From Raillietiella orientalis (Eukaryota), in contig JAYWIR010000012.1 in NCBI GenBank assembly GCA_036172245.1, forward strand, positions 2,666,001 through 2,730,000: DNA of 64,000 bases, given 5' to 3'. The position numbers and the translations under genes were made by a program. Numbering within the stretch: position 1 is the stretch's first letter; each line of letters begins with the position of its first letter. This document shows positions 26,481 to 38,999 of the stretch, piece after piece. The notes below the pieces were generated by a model. That model was not told where the DNA came from and searched no databases. It saw nothing but the letters and a program-made list of their open reading frames with translations.

Positions 26481-27949
26481 AGGCTCGGCCTTTTCGGCCG
26501 AGACCGAAGCGTTCAATAGAGTAGAAATCCCTCCCTCCAAGTGCCGGTACCCCTTTGAGGGAAACAGGGAGGGCAAATTTCCTTCCCATCGAAGCTTTCC
26601 TGGCTGCTGCGGAGAATTCTTCCAGCCTCCCGATCCATCGGAAAGTCAATGGCGACGCAGGGGCGAAAAGGAGGAGAAGGGAAGGCAAATAAAGTGCGTT
26701 TCGGGGGGAGAGGGGAGAAATGCGAAAAATGCGGCTTCTTCTTCTTCCTGATCTCGGTGGCGGAACGCCATTCTTCATTCTTGGAATTTCTTTCCTCCAG
26801 ACAGGTCAAAGAAATCAAAAGAAAGAGCCTCTAATTTGGGGGGAGGGGGAGGGAAAAAAGAAAAAGATGGTGCTGATGCAGGCCCGAAACGATTCCTGAT
26901 TCGGACCGATAACCCCCGAGCGCGGTCGGGGGGAAGAAAGGCTGGCTACTGGCCGCGCCGGGTGGAGGGTCGCACCCCACGTTCGCGCCGGAGCCATCGG
27001 TCGTTATCGGCGCGCGTGCGTGCGTCAAGGCAGTGGGCGGCGCTGGAAGGAAATCCGCTTGTTCGGCGGGGGCGTCAACTGATATCCTCGGGGCGGCTGC
27101 CTTTGCAGCGGCGGCGCGAAGACGGGAGTGTCGCGTCTCGCGGAACGCCGGATACGCGGGGTATGCGGACCTCTTCATCTTGTGGCACCTCGCGTTTCCC
27201 GAAACGCCTTAACGAAGCGTCGGGGCTCCGCGTGCAAAAGGGAAGAAGGGACGGAATTCCCACGGAGGGGGGTGCTCTGCCGAAAGCGCTGCCCGGCGGA
27301 CTCGCGGGGTTTCCTCAATGGTGATCCGAGCGAACCCGCACATCCACACTTCGCCAGCGCGCTCCTCTTCCGGTTGCCGAACCCGGAGGGCACTCGAGGA
27401 TGCAGTACCTGCTCGTCTGAATTCACCAGATGGGTACGCCCTGATCCTGCTCCAGATGCACAAGCACATTCCTAGTTTTTTTTTTTGGCTCTCCGCAGCC
27501 CCCGAGCTCTGTCGTATCTTCCCTCCCTCCAGAATGCCACACAGATGCACTAAGAGCTAATTGATACATCAGCAGCAACTGCCTTCATCCTGTCATCCAC
27601 CTTCTTCCCAATCACCTACCTGAATTTTATGCGCCTCTGTTTTTCCCCTCAGTTTTTTTTTTTTCTATTTTGCGACGCGCAGAAGACGAAACACTTGTTC
27701 CCCCCCCAAAAAAAGGTAACGACAGAAAGGGAAGGGCTGTGTGCGCGGAGAGGACACGCTAAGCAGGGGAGATTTTTATTATCGTTACTATTGATGAGTT
27801 TCATGATAATCATACTATATCAAAGATCCTGATGAAGTACGATTTCGTTACTATCGGTACTATTGATGATTATCACCCGGTTATTCCAGGACATCTCTTA
27901 CATAAGGTAATGAAAATACATTGGTGTGGAGGAACCCTTGGTTCTGCCA

Positions 27950-28930
27950 CACGCAAGGAACCTGCAGAAGAGCGGTGAGCAGACCGACGAGGTCCGCTTC
28001 AGCAGCGTGGGGGAGGAGAAAACAAAAAATAAAAATAAAAATAAACGCACAAACAGGCGAGAGGAATTCTTACACGGGGAAGGGAGGGATCACAGTACTC
28101 TGCCAGGCGTCCACTGCATCCCGTTCAGGATGCTGGCAAGTTCCGTCCGTATAACGCCCAGGTGGGGTCATCTCGAGACGGTCTTCACGAAGATCTTGGC
28201 TCAGCGGATGGCGTCCCTGCCATTTCCGCCTCTTCTTCCCTCGTTGCAGACCGTGACGATCCCGCAGAGACCGCAGAGAACTGCGAGGGACGCACGCGGA
28301 TGGCGGCAGTGCGGTACCACTCATCAAGAGGCGCTTGGAAATGTCCCTGGAACCGCCCTCCGGGATTCCTAGGATCGTCGCAAGGCGATCCCAAAGGGGT
28401 CGGAGGGCAGCACACAGTCCAACAGCAGGTGCGGGAGGGTCTTCTTCTTCTGTCGCACTGAACGTCCGCGCTTCCCCGTGTCCACTGGTGAAGGTGCGTT
28501 TTTCACGGGATTCCCTCATGCACCGCCAGCAATGTCAACTCCCGTCAATCGAGGGGGGGGACGCCACTGCTCCAGTACTCTGGGGGTCATTTCACTTCCT
28601 CCGAAGGGATGTTGAGCAGCTTCTCCCAGCGTACGAGTCCGTGGGGTGGGACACTCGGAGTATCCGTCACCTCCCGAGTTGCCCACCCGCCCAGAAGCTT
28701 CGTCTTTGTTTCTGTGCGGCATGCTGGGCTTACACTGTCCCTTGCGTCCGTGAGGGAGAGCAGCACTGGGGTAAGCGGAACGGACGAGGCCCACCTCATC
28801 TCCTATGGGTTGCGGACCATCTCCTCCAATGCCTCGCGAGAGTTGACGCCTGGCCGCAGGCAGGAGCACCCCGCCTCGCTTGCGCAGTGGATCCTTCCCC
28901 AGGCGAAAACGGGACTCCTGGAGCCAGGCA
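27950..28930 (-). mobile_element. Diverged family A L1/Tx1-like 3' fragment
   Basis: LCAALRPLWDRLATILGIPEGGSRDISKRLLMSG peptide (ORF 28070-28519) and the shared 3'UTR. Confidence 0.7.
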
Positions 28931-29164
28931 GTGAAGCTTGCTGGAAGGCAGGAGATTCTGGTGCTAGGCTGATGGGAATCCTTTTTTTCTGTTTCCGCTG
29001 CTTTCCTTACAGCTTTTTTTGCTTCAGTTTTCCTTTTTTCTTTGGTTCGTCAAGTGCTGAAGAACTATTGTCCCCCTCAGGGCAGTGGAGGCTCACGAAA
29101 CTCTTCCACGCTGTCCACACCACCCGGGGGTGCGCGTAACTTCACGTTAGAGGGGCAACTCTGG

Positions 29165-30660
29165 AAGGATCACCCTATGGATCCAGGAAGGCTCCGGACG
29201 AAGGAGTCCGTTCCTCTTACGATTGGGAGAAGAACCCAGAAGGGAACCTCCTCTTCCTTGTTCTATCCGGAAGGACTCCCCGGAAAGGATCCGCTACCGG
29301 TTTGCTCCTCTGAAGAGAACCCCGGAGGGACTCTTCCCAATTTCTCTGGAGGGTGCTCCCCGAAGGGGGCGGCGCGCTTCTTGCAGTCTCGAGGGGCATC
29401 AACCAGCTCAATGGCACGTTATGGAGGGACGGCTCCATGATTCCTGGAAGAACCCCGGATGGGTCGAATTCCAATCCTGGTCAGTCAGTGAGGTAATTCG
29501 GGAGTTTCCGTCTTCCACCAGTGCCGCACCTGAGATCCTGTAAGATCCATGGAAGAGTGCGTGGACAAGCAGAATCTCCTTCGCCGCCGCGCTGCCCTCC
29601 CTTAGGGAGCACACGGCCAGCAGCCTTACGGCTAGATGGGAGGTCACTGTGGAAATCTCCTGAAGGAGAAGAGGACTGGGCGAGTGGACGACGGGCCAGC
29701 TCACCGACGCTGCCACCCCGATCGCTCGACTCCATGGACTTTTGCGCTGGAGCGTGCTACTGAGTATTCCAGAGGAAGACCTGCACCGATACCCGGTCTC
29801 CGCGCATCCTGCCCTTGAAGTGGCGGCAGTCGGCATTGCTGCTGCTGCACTGGGGCTTTCCGTGCAACGCCCGCTGGCATCATCGGACACGGGTGGGTGG
29901 ATGGGTGGACCCGAAAATATGCCAGTCACGGGGAGCGGGAATCCCTCCCGCACCTCCTAGTGGACTGTGTTGCCCTCCGGTCCCTTTGGGGATGCCTTGC
30001 CGCGACCATGGGAACCCCCGGCGGCAACGCCAGGGACATTTCGAAGCGTCTCTTCCTGCGTGGCGCAATCACGCCGGCCACATCCCCAATAGCACTCTGC
30101 TGCCCACGGGGCAGGATCGTGGCTGCATGGAGCAATGTCAGAGGAAGTCAGAACGCCAGGGACGCCATCTATTCTGCTTCATCTATTCAGCGTGAAGATG
30201 GCCCCATTGGGAGTCTTGAAACAGGAACTTGGCAGCATCCTGGCAAGGATGCAGAGGACTCCCTTCAGCATCCGGTGATCATCCTCCAGCATCCTCCCCA
30301 TTTTTTTGACTGTATTTCGTTGATTTTTTTTTTTTCTTTTTGTCTCTCCTTCCCTGTGCTGCTGCCGAGACGAGCCCCACTGTCCTGCGTGCCGGTTCCC
30401 GGCAGGATTCTTCTCGTAGTTATAAGTAACGTGGCAGGATCAAATGACCTGTCACAGACGTGTATGTTTATGTTATAAATAAACACCTTGGCGTGATTGG
30501 GTGTCAACCAGTGCCGCATGCGGAGTCAACCAGCGTTATCCTGGGGGAGCAATCGAAACCCAGGACGCGGCCTCCTTCTCGGCGTGGATCCTCCACATGG
30601 GGATTCGAACCAGCGACGCTTGGGGCCGCGCGCTGAGGCAGCAGCCACGCGGCTGACGAT
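29165..30660 (-). mobile_element. tRNA-derived SINE split by an L1/Tx1-like insertion (5' part 30660-30507, 3' part 29528-29165)
   Basis: B box GGTTCGAATCCCC on the minus strand (~30612-30600). The 3' half matches the other copies. Perfect 12-bp TSD at the junctions. Confidence 0.8.
29529..30506 (+). mobile_element. 5'-truncated L1/Tx1-like element, family A, near-identical to 12520-13598, inserted in a SINE
   Basis: Same zf-RVT peptide and 3'UTR. TSD ACCAGTGCCGCA at 29517-29528 and 30507-30518. Confidence 0.85.
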
Positions 30661-30799
30661 GCGGGGGCGTGATGCACGGCGTCATCCAACTCAGGACATG
30701 GACCTTCCCTCGGTGATGATTCTGAGTTTCTGTTTCTTTGCATAAGATCGGGAACAGACCCGGAAGTGTCATTTCTTTTCGTGTGCCGGTCGAAAGTCG

Positions 30800-33600
30800 G
30801 ATTTCCGAGGACTTGAGGCTTGTTCTGATGGATGTCTCGCATCACCTCCGTCCGACAGGAAGCCACTTTTAACCTCCTTTTGTCTTGGATGAGTTTTGTC
30901 GAACGCTCCATCTGTCGTCCAGAGCACGAGTTTTCTTGTGTCAGTCGTGCCTGCTATTTCCTTCTTCAACATCGACCTCCAACTTCGGAATATCCTTGCA
31001 CGGCTGGAGACCAGCGAGGTTCCAAGCAGGAAACGACTGTTGCTGACGGCAGAGTGGTCGGTCTTCTCCTGTAGGTTTAGGAGAGACTCTCGGTCAGTTG
31101 GCACATTCGTTCATCTCCCTGCCTGGTGGATCGAAGGTAGACTGAGGGTAGGAGCTCATGACCTCAAGTCAACCAGTCCTGGGAGAGAGACCCTAAGGCT
31201 CGTCCTGAACCTTCGTGTTTCGGAACGAAACCCAAGCCAGCCGATCCGGTGCCGCCCGCCGGCGCCAGGATTAGCACACACCCGCTTGCATGCGTGCTTC
31301 TGGAGAGGGAAGTTTGTGCGCTCCGGGTAAAGACAGCAGGTAAACAAGCGGGCGTGTGCTGCTGGAGCCGTGGAAACACCCGACCAGAATCCTCAAGCCT
31401 TCGCTCCATTTCCACCGCGTCCTGCTTCCGATGTCCGCGAAGGTCGTCCATGGTCCGCAAGAGGCGGAGGGAAGACTTCCTAGAGCCTTCCACGATGCGC
31501 CATGGCTCGCCACGCGTGGCCCGTCGCTCAAAGGCGACCTCGGGATTGGGTGGCGGACCGGCTGGCGCGAGCGCCTTCGGCACGGAGCCTCAGCATGGCC
31601 TTGCCACTCCGGTGCGTCGTCCAAGAACGACATGCGGTCGGAACCCGGTTTTCTGGGGAGACTCGCACGCCCGGGGAAGGGTGCGGGATCGTTGCCACCA
31701 GTCCATCTTCCTCAGGATGGAGCGCCGCCTGCAGCAGAAGCCCCAACGCAATCACAGGGTCACCGACCTCCGCTGCCGCAATGAAAGAACGGACCTGTCC
31801 ATAAGCATAGTGAGCACCAGGATGTCCTCCAGGGTATGTCCAAGGTCGTCGCTTACTGGCCATTCCTTGCAGACGGGGGGAGAGGCATCGCGTCATCGGC
31901 AGACTGCAAACCTAAGCTCTCAGGGGTTCCTCTGCGCCTGCGATGGTGCAAGGCACCATCCACCGAGCAGGCAGATGCCCCCCCTCCAGGTGAACGACAT
32001 TGCAGAGAAGGCTGCTGCAGCAGCTATGGCTCTAACAGATCACATGAAGACGAATGCTTCCCCAAGTGCCCCATGGACCGGATGTCGTGCGACAACCTCA
32101 CCTAGCTATCCATAGGCTCCTGCTCCCACGCAGTGAGGTTTGTCGGAGATCCACGGGTGCCTTTGAGAAAGCATTTCGAAGGAAGAAGGTGCCTGGAAAC
32201 TGCCCCAATGCTTCCCGACCTCGAAAGAGGCATTCGTGGTAGGATTTCCCTTAGGGGGTTGATAGGGCTCAGAGTTCCTCGTGGGTGCAGGTCGAGAACA
32301 CGAAGAAGAGAATGGTGGTGTGCTCCAGCATCCAGCGCAGCCCGAGGCATGTAGTGGGGACATATTCTGGCTCGTCACCCAGGGCAAAACAACCTCCAGC
32401 GAGCTTGTGGTTTCTCAGATGACCTCGAGAGAGGTTTCGCGTGCAAAATTTCGAATAAGAAAAATTCCAGTATGCCTTCCAGAACGTTCCCAGCCGCTGG
32501 TAATGCACCAGGCCAGTAAAGGGTTTCTTTGGCACCCAGTTACGTTTGCTCTGGTAGAGGGTTGGTGGAGAACTTCGTGTGAAGGAAGACAAGAATTGTG
32601 GGATGGAGCCCGCCTGTTCTTTCCGGTCGAACCAGGGGATCAGGAAGCCCCTGCATTTCAGCAGGGGCTTCCTGATCTCGGTTGCTGAATCCTGGACCAG
32701 GTGGCTGAAGAAAGCACCGCTTGGCAGCCTCTGCAAAGAATTCCGGATTCTGTGCTTGATCTTCGCTCACGTCTTGATGGACACAGCGATGCCTTGCGCG
32801 GACAACAGCAAGAATACTTCTTTGTGGATGACTCCAGGGTTCCTCCAGAGCTGAAGAGCCACCAGGTGGATTACCCTGCATCTGAGGGGCCCCAGTGTCC
32901 TCTCTATGGGATTGTGGAAACCAAAGTGGCCATTGCTCGATGTGATGAGATTCCGGAGGCATCACCTTGCCTCATTTTGTTGATGATTTTCGTGCCAATC
33001 AAGAGAGAGCAAGCGAACGAAGGGGGATTCGTCCTCTCCATTTGCCCTTTCGCTTCAGCTAGTCTTCATGTTGAAGCTACAGTTCTAAGTGGTTCCTTCA
33101 TCACACCAGTCTTTTCAGGTCACCAGTCTATTATGGATCCATGGTGAGCTCATTATCTGATGCACTCCTCGTGCAACTTCGAGTCTTTCACTTCCCCCGG
33201 CACCTCATCATTCCTAAGATGGTCGCTCTTTGCTCCTCGGGAGGTGGAGTGGAGAGCCAAGTCTTGTCCTCCTCCTGTTGCCATGTCTTCGCTGCCAAGG
33301 ATTCACGGGGAGCGACCGTCGCCCGGAGAGTGAAGTATCCAGCTTCGCGTCTGTGATGCTCATCTCCGAAAAAAGCACGATTTGAGGGCCACCACCAGCC
33401 AATACCACCAGGTTTCGAGGCGGTCCATGGCTCATTACGCATTCCCTCTGTATCTGGTGACTGTGGTTTGGTCTTCAGCGCATCGATGTGGGGACAGTTC
33501 TTCCCACACCTTGCACCACTCACGCGAGTTGGCGGCATCATCCCTGGAGAGAGACGTCCCCACACGGGCAGAACCCGTCGCAGCACGAGTTAATCACGGT
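30800..33600 (-). mobile_element. Highly decayed R2/NeSL-like non-LTR element (RT remnant, possible N-terminal zinc finger/Myb)
   Basis: Minus-strand peptides CGKNCPHIDAL, KTWQQEEDKTWL, SG(C)..LEHTTILF and LQSADDAM (YADD-like, ~31905-31885), with many frameshifts. Confidence 0.45.
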
Positions 33601-33892
33601 GACCGTGAGGGGCGACTGAGGATGCTGGCCGAAAGCGGTGAAGGGAGGAGAACCGGTTGAGCACGCGGTTGGGGGTGAATTTGCCTCTCAGCTCTCTCGT
33701 TGGAGTCGAGTTTGAAGTGATGTGTCGCTGAGGAGGGAGGTCGTGGTCGGTAATGACTGTAGCGGCTCGGAATGACTTCAGTCTTCAAGATGGGGTGCAT
33801 CCCCCAAATGACATCATTAGAATGATGAGAAGCACTTATGTTGATATTCAAATCGAGACTTCTTGTATGAGAAACAGTACGACGGTGCTCGC

Positions 33893-34290
33893 TTTGGCGG
33901 CCGCGTGGCTGTTGCCTCCGCCCGTGGAACCGAGCGTTGCTAATTCGAATCCCTCCCGGGGGAGGATCGACGCCGAAAACAGGGGGTGCATCGTGAGTTC
34001 AACTTCCCTCTGCAAGATGACGCTGGTTGGCCTATTCGGGTGAGGCGGCACTGGTGGCAGCCGGAAACCCCTGCGTGTCCCTTTTGACTTGCCAGGATTG
34101 GAAGTTGATCCTACGGGGTCCCTCCAAGAATCAAGGGGCTCTTCGGGGCTACCCCCGGTTGTGAAAATGGAACTTTCATTTCTCCAGGGAGTGCCATGGA
34201 TTTGGTCGATATACCCCTCAGGGGGTTGCCTCTTCAGAACGTCAGAAGCGCGCTGTCCCCTTCGGGGAGAGCCCTTGAGAGAAACAGTAG
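33893..34290 (+). mobile_element. tRNA-derived SINE, 3'-truncated, with uninterrupted target motif
   Basis: AATTCGAATCCCTCCCGG...AAGATGACGCTGGTTGGCC...GCGGCACTGGTGGCAGCCGGAAACC...GGATTGGAAGTTGATCC. Confidence 0.7.
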
Positions 34291-34399
34291 AATGAGCATA
34301 AGACATGGACTGTTTGGGAGAATAGGGAGGTCAGTGCTTGGGCAAACGTAGCGTAAAGAGTCAGTCGTGCACTCAAGCACACACACAAACACCTATTGT

Positions 34400-37300
34400 G
34401 TGATTCGAAGGCCATGAAACCTTCCCTTTCTATGGTCATCGGGTTCGAAAGCATCCGTTTCGTGCAGCTCTTGAGCTGGAAAATTGCATTCCGCGACTTC
34501 TCTATCCGGATCTCCCTCCGCGACCACCGACTCTTCCTCTTGAGACAGAAAACAGATCAATCACTTCGAGCGTGGTTCCTGGTTGCCTGAGAACGCTTTC
34601 CAAGCCTGACAAGGAGGAGATCCGACCTGCTGCCGCCCTCGAGCCAGGTGCGCTTTTCAGGCAGCTCCCCGAGGGAATCCGAACATCTTTCGGAAGTTTG
34701 GCGTGCGCGATTCGCTCATGGAAGGTAAAGATGGCGGAGGGTTGCTGATCCGGAAGCAGAACCCTCCTTAGTAACCTGCGGCGCCATCTGGCGGCTCCTA
34801 TCGTCCATCACAGGGCCTGACGAAGATCGATGCAGCCTTCCTTCGCGTCGCCGAAGCAGCCAAGGCGCAGAATTGTTTCTTCAACCAGCTTCGTCCCCAG
34901 ATATTTTTTCCCGTGTCTTCCGGGCTACAGAGAAACCCTCCTCCAGAAGACTGACCCGGAAGAACGAACGGAGAGAACCCGAAAGGTCGCATCTGATTTG
35001 TCTCTGGGATCACCGCACATGGTTGGGAGCGGGCTTGGAGCGACCTTAGCGCGCACTCTTTGTCCGCTAACAAATCGGATTGGGGACCAAGAAACTCTCC
35101 CCTCCCAGTCAAAGGGAGAGGGAAGCAAAGTCAGAGGGGGAAATTTCAGCTGCTCCGAAGTCAGACCAGTTGGGAATTTTCTGTCGAAGAGAATGAACGT
35201 CAAAGGAAACTTTCCCTAGAGACTTTCCCATGAGAACGGGCGGAACTACATCTACGTAGTTCCCTCATTTCCCCCCCTCCAGACCAGATCTTCGGCTTCC
35301 TGAAATCAGTTTCGTCGAGATAGTTCGGTCGGTGGAGCCAGACACCTTTTGCACCACCGATATCCCTTCGTGCCTTCTGGAAGCTGCGAGGCCGCACGGC
35401 TCAGACCGATACGGACTGGTCATAACCCTGGGCTCGCACTCCCATTTCCCCCAGAGTCTTGTTGAGATCACCGGATTCTCAGGCCCAGCAGCATTTCCCA
35501 TATCGATGATTTGGTTTTGAGAGGTTAGTCACGTGGAAGAGCTGGGATGCGTCCCAGCACCGAAGTTTGCTCAGGCGCTTGAGATCGGGAGTCTCACACG
35601 TCTTCGGCAAGCTGCTGCCACAGTAACGGTTGACTCGACTTGGTCAGCGCTGCCCCTAAGAGAACATCTGCATACTGAACGCTCCGGTTTGACGTCGGCT
35701 CCAGATGGAATCCATCTTCTCTCTTTAGAGAGCCAAGATCTCTTATCCAAAGAGCGGGAAACCAGTTTGGCTGGTGCGGGCGCCGTCTAGACGACCGGTG
35801 CAAGCCACTCGCACAGTTTGTCTTTCTTTCGCTTCTCAGTTGTTGTCCAGCATCAGGAATCTGCGTCTTGGAAGCTACAGACATTATGAACTTTGAAAGT
35901 GATCTCCACGTTCTGCAGAGTTCTAATGCAGGCTGGAGCGGATGAAGCAGACCAACGTCCGATCCAGTGAACCGGAAGAGGGACAGATCGCCACTGCTGC
36001 GTTGTCTTCGAGAATCCTCAAGACCGAAAGAGGACACGGGTCTCCCTTCCTTGTATGTAGCGAAAACGTTCATTTTTTCTTAGGAGACAAGACGAATGTT
36101 CCTGCGGGACCCAGACGTCCCGTCCCATTAGGGCGAATCGCTCGTATCGTCTGCAGTCTTGCAGCAGCGAACTTGCAACTTCGAAGAGGAATGAATCGGC
36201 TTGCAGTCGGAAGCCGGAGGTGTTGCTTTCATGGAAACTCCGGCTTCTCTGCAGGTTGGCTGCATTGCCATCAGCACTAACTCTCAAAGAACTCCGTACC
36301 AACTCCCTTCTCCCATAGGGGGAAGGATGGAAGAGGAGTCAGAGATGCCCTTTTGCAAACGGTCTCTTCAGAGTCAGATGCCCTGCGGCAGAGCTGTCCT
36401 AAGCAGCGGATCTGCTCCTCCTCCGGTCTCTCTAAAGCCACAGAGACTGCTGAGGAGCATTCGGGATCGGGATAACTCTATCAGAAATCCCAGTTGGAAA
36501 AACCACATCCTAGAGAGGAAGGTGTGCCACTGCTTAGGACCCTCTGACTTCTGCCAGCCACGACTCAGCCAAGGAAGTTTAGAGCATTCCCGGAGGACTT
36601 CTTACTGTTCGAGAGGAAGGAACGAGGAGGAATCACCGGATTTTGGCTTCTTCTAAGCGGGAAGCAGTTTCGTGAGATGCTGTCTTGGAAGACTGCTCCA
36701 ATGATGCAACACAGGTGGCGCTGCGTCATTTACTCTCCTCCTGCCTTCCTTCCAAACCCTCCAGGGGGAGAAAATCGGCTTTCGTTTCTTAGAGATCGTC
36801 GAGGAGGAAAATGCAGCTTCGTGCCTTCAGCCTCAGAAACCTCAGCTATCCTGGCAGAAGAAAAGGGAGCCGGACGGTGAGAATTGGAGTCCCAGGTGGA
36901 TGCCCTTTCTTAAACGGGAAGACATCCGAACGGCAACTGAGTTAGCAACTTGCACACACACGTGGGCATTCACAACCGAAAGTCGAAGGCAGCTGGTCTT
37001 CATTCGCCGCCCGACGCGGAGGTGCATCGGTTTCCCTGAAGAAACTCCATCCTCGTCCATCAAAGCGAGCTCGCGTCTCGGAAGAACACATCGGGAGAGT
37101 CAGTCCTCTTAAGCAGCATTCACCTTCCCTGGAAACCGGCGCTGCTCGGTTTCTTCCCGCTTTGTTTCCAGAAGAAAAGAACAGCAATGGTCCCAGACGA
37201 GTTCCGGAAACGCCGTCGTCTCGAGGGGCACGGTGACAGGGGAATTCTTGCTCTGGACTACGGGGAAAGATCGCCCGGGATTCAGAGGTCACTCCTGCAG

Positions 37301-38650
37301 CGATCTCGGAGGACGGATATCGGAAAGGATGGTGGTTTCAGTCACGAGCAGGGATACTCAGGAACAGTTCCAAGGGACCCGCCTGCGTTCGAGAAGTTCC
37401 CCTTCTTTCGAGGGTTACCTTCGCTCCCTTCGTTTGCTTGTGTTTCTGGGAAAAATCCCAAGCAGTCCAGATTATCGTGGCTGCACGGTGAGCTGCCCTT
37501 GGGGAACCTCGGCCGATGCGGGACTCCCCTAATCTGGCAACCCGGTTGTTCCCAAACCGCAGTAGAAAACCGTCGTTCTCCTGCACCCTGGGCAGCTGAA
37601 TCATCCTCTCGAAGGAGGCCCTTGCAGAGTGGACCGAGGGGGAGGCGAGGCAAGAGCTTCGATCCAGCAGTATTAGGCTCGGAGAGTTGGAAGATGCATG
37701 TAGCCGCCGTCTACGAAGACAAAGAGAAAAAACATCACCCGGCTGCTGCCATCCGAAGGCTTTGGCTGAACCTCTAAACGTGCATGAGCTTCTTGCTTGG
37801 AGCAATACCAGCAGCTCCCTCACTCCTTTCTCCCACTCCCCATCCCCTGACAGCACAAAATCTCTTCCTACCGAGGAATTCTCGTTCAGCTCACCCGGAT
37901 TTATTAAGCAGCGCGTCCCTCAAACTTTTTGTCCCTCAGCCTGCGTGAGGGACCATGCTCGACGTCCGTCCAGGTCCGTTCTTTCGGATGTTCCTGTGTT
38001 GATGATGAACCTCTAGGGTCACCAGAATGAGAATCTTCGATCTTTCTTGCACCCCTTGAAACTTTTCTCTTCTTTGCTTGGAGGACGACCCTGTTTTGCG
38101 ACGACGTCGGCAGCCTCCGCAGTACCTCTCGCCACCGTTTCCTCCCTGGTTAATCCTCGTTTTCGCCATGGTACCGGGGCTCTAACGAAAGTCTCCCTGA
38201 GTCCACCAGAATTAGTAGACAGCATCGGCAGCAAAGTCTGAAAAATGGCGATCGTTTCCATATTTTCCTGTGCTTCGAATCCAGGATGGCATTCGGGAGG
38301 CGGGAAGACCAGAAGGGCATCTTCCTGGCTGCCTGCCCAAATCTGTCGGCTCTCACCTCCTTTTGGCTTTCTTTGCTTCTGCACCCAGAAGACTCTGGAA
38401 ACTTTTCCCTTGGTTTCTTCTTCTCCTTCTTGGTTACCGATCTCAAGAAGGTGAAGGGGGGGTGAGGAATGCTGAACCTCAAGAAGGGTGATGCTTTCCC
38501 AAGTATTTCTCGCCTCCACGTTACCAAGAGCCTTCCGGTACGGCTCTTCACGACGGAAAGAGAGCTTTCTCGTCCTTCCTTCCCTCCTCCTCCCCATCCT
38601 TTCTGTATCGTCCTGGCTCGAAAGACCTTTCACTCTCCGCCCGAAAGAGA
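34400..38650 (-). mobile_element. Decayed L1/Tx1-like element: ORF1-like, APE and N-terminal RT remnants
   Basis: Motif remnants occur in the expected order: QPG..SLC....H (ORF1 knuckle), DVWVPQEH..RFRY (APE), KVSGSTD (KSPGPDG-like), LTLLPSP...SWSPIRFV..RVRAKVA (RT 'LLPK..WRPISL..KILAK'-like). Confidence 0.5.
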
Positions 38651-38999
38651 AGCGAGGTCATGCTGCGGCCACCACTGCCCGGCTCTGGGAATCTTCATGA
38701 AGCCCATCCCATCTCGACCCTCCTCCCGGATCGTTTGCGAGCAAAGGGATGGAGTGCTTCCCGGAAAGGCAGGTTTCTGGGTTCCCTAGCCACCTAAAGA
38801 AGGGCATGCAACCCTACCGGGAGAGCGCTGAGACGAGGCCATGCGCAGGATGGCACCATCTTTCCCATCCTCCAGTGGTCATTCCTGCGGCTTTGAGGGC
38901 TGAATCCGCTCCGCTCTTCTTCCTACCAAAATCCACTCCATGACCTTCACCGCCGCACCGCCATTACCACCCTTCCCCTCGTCGTCCTCCCTCGTTCAT

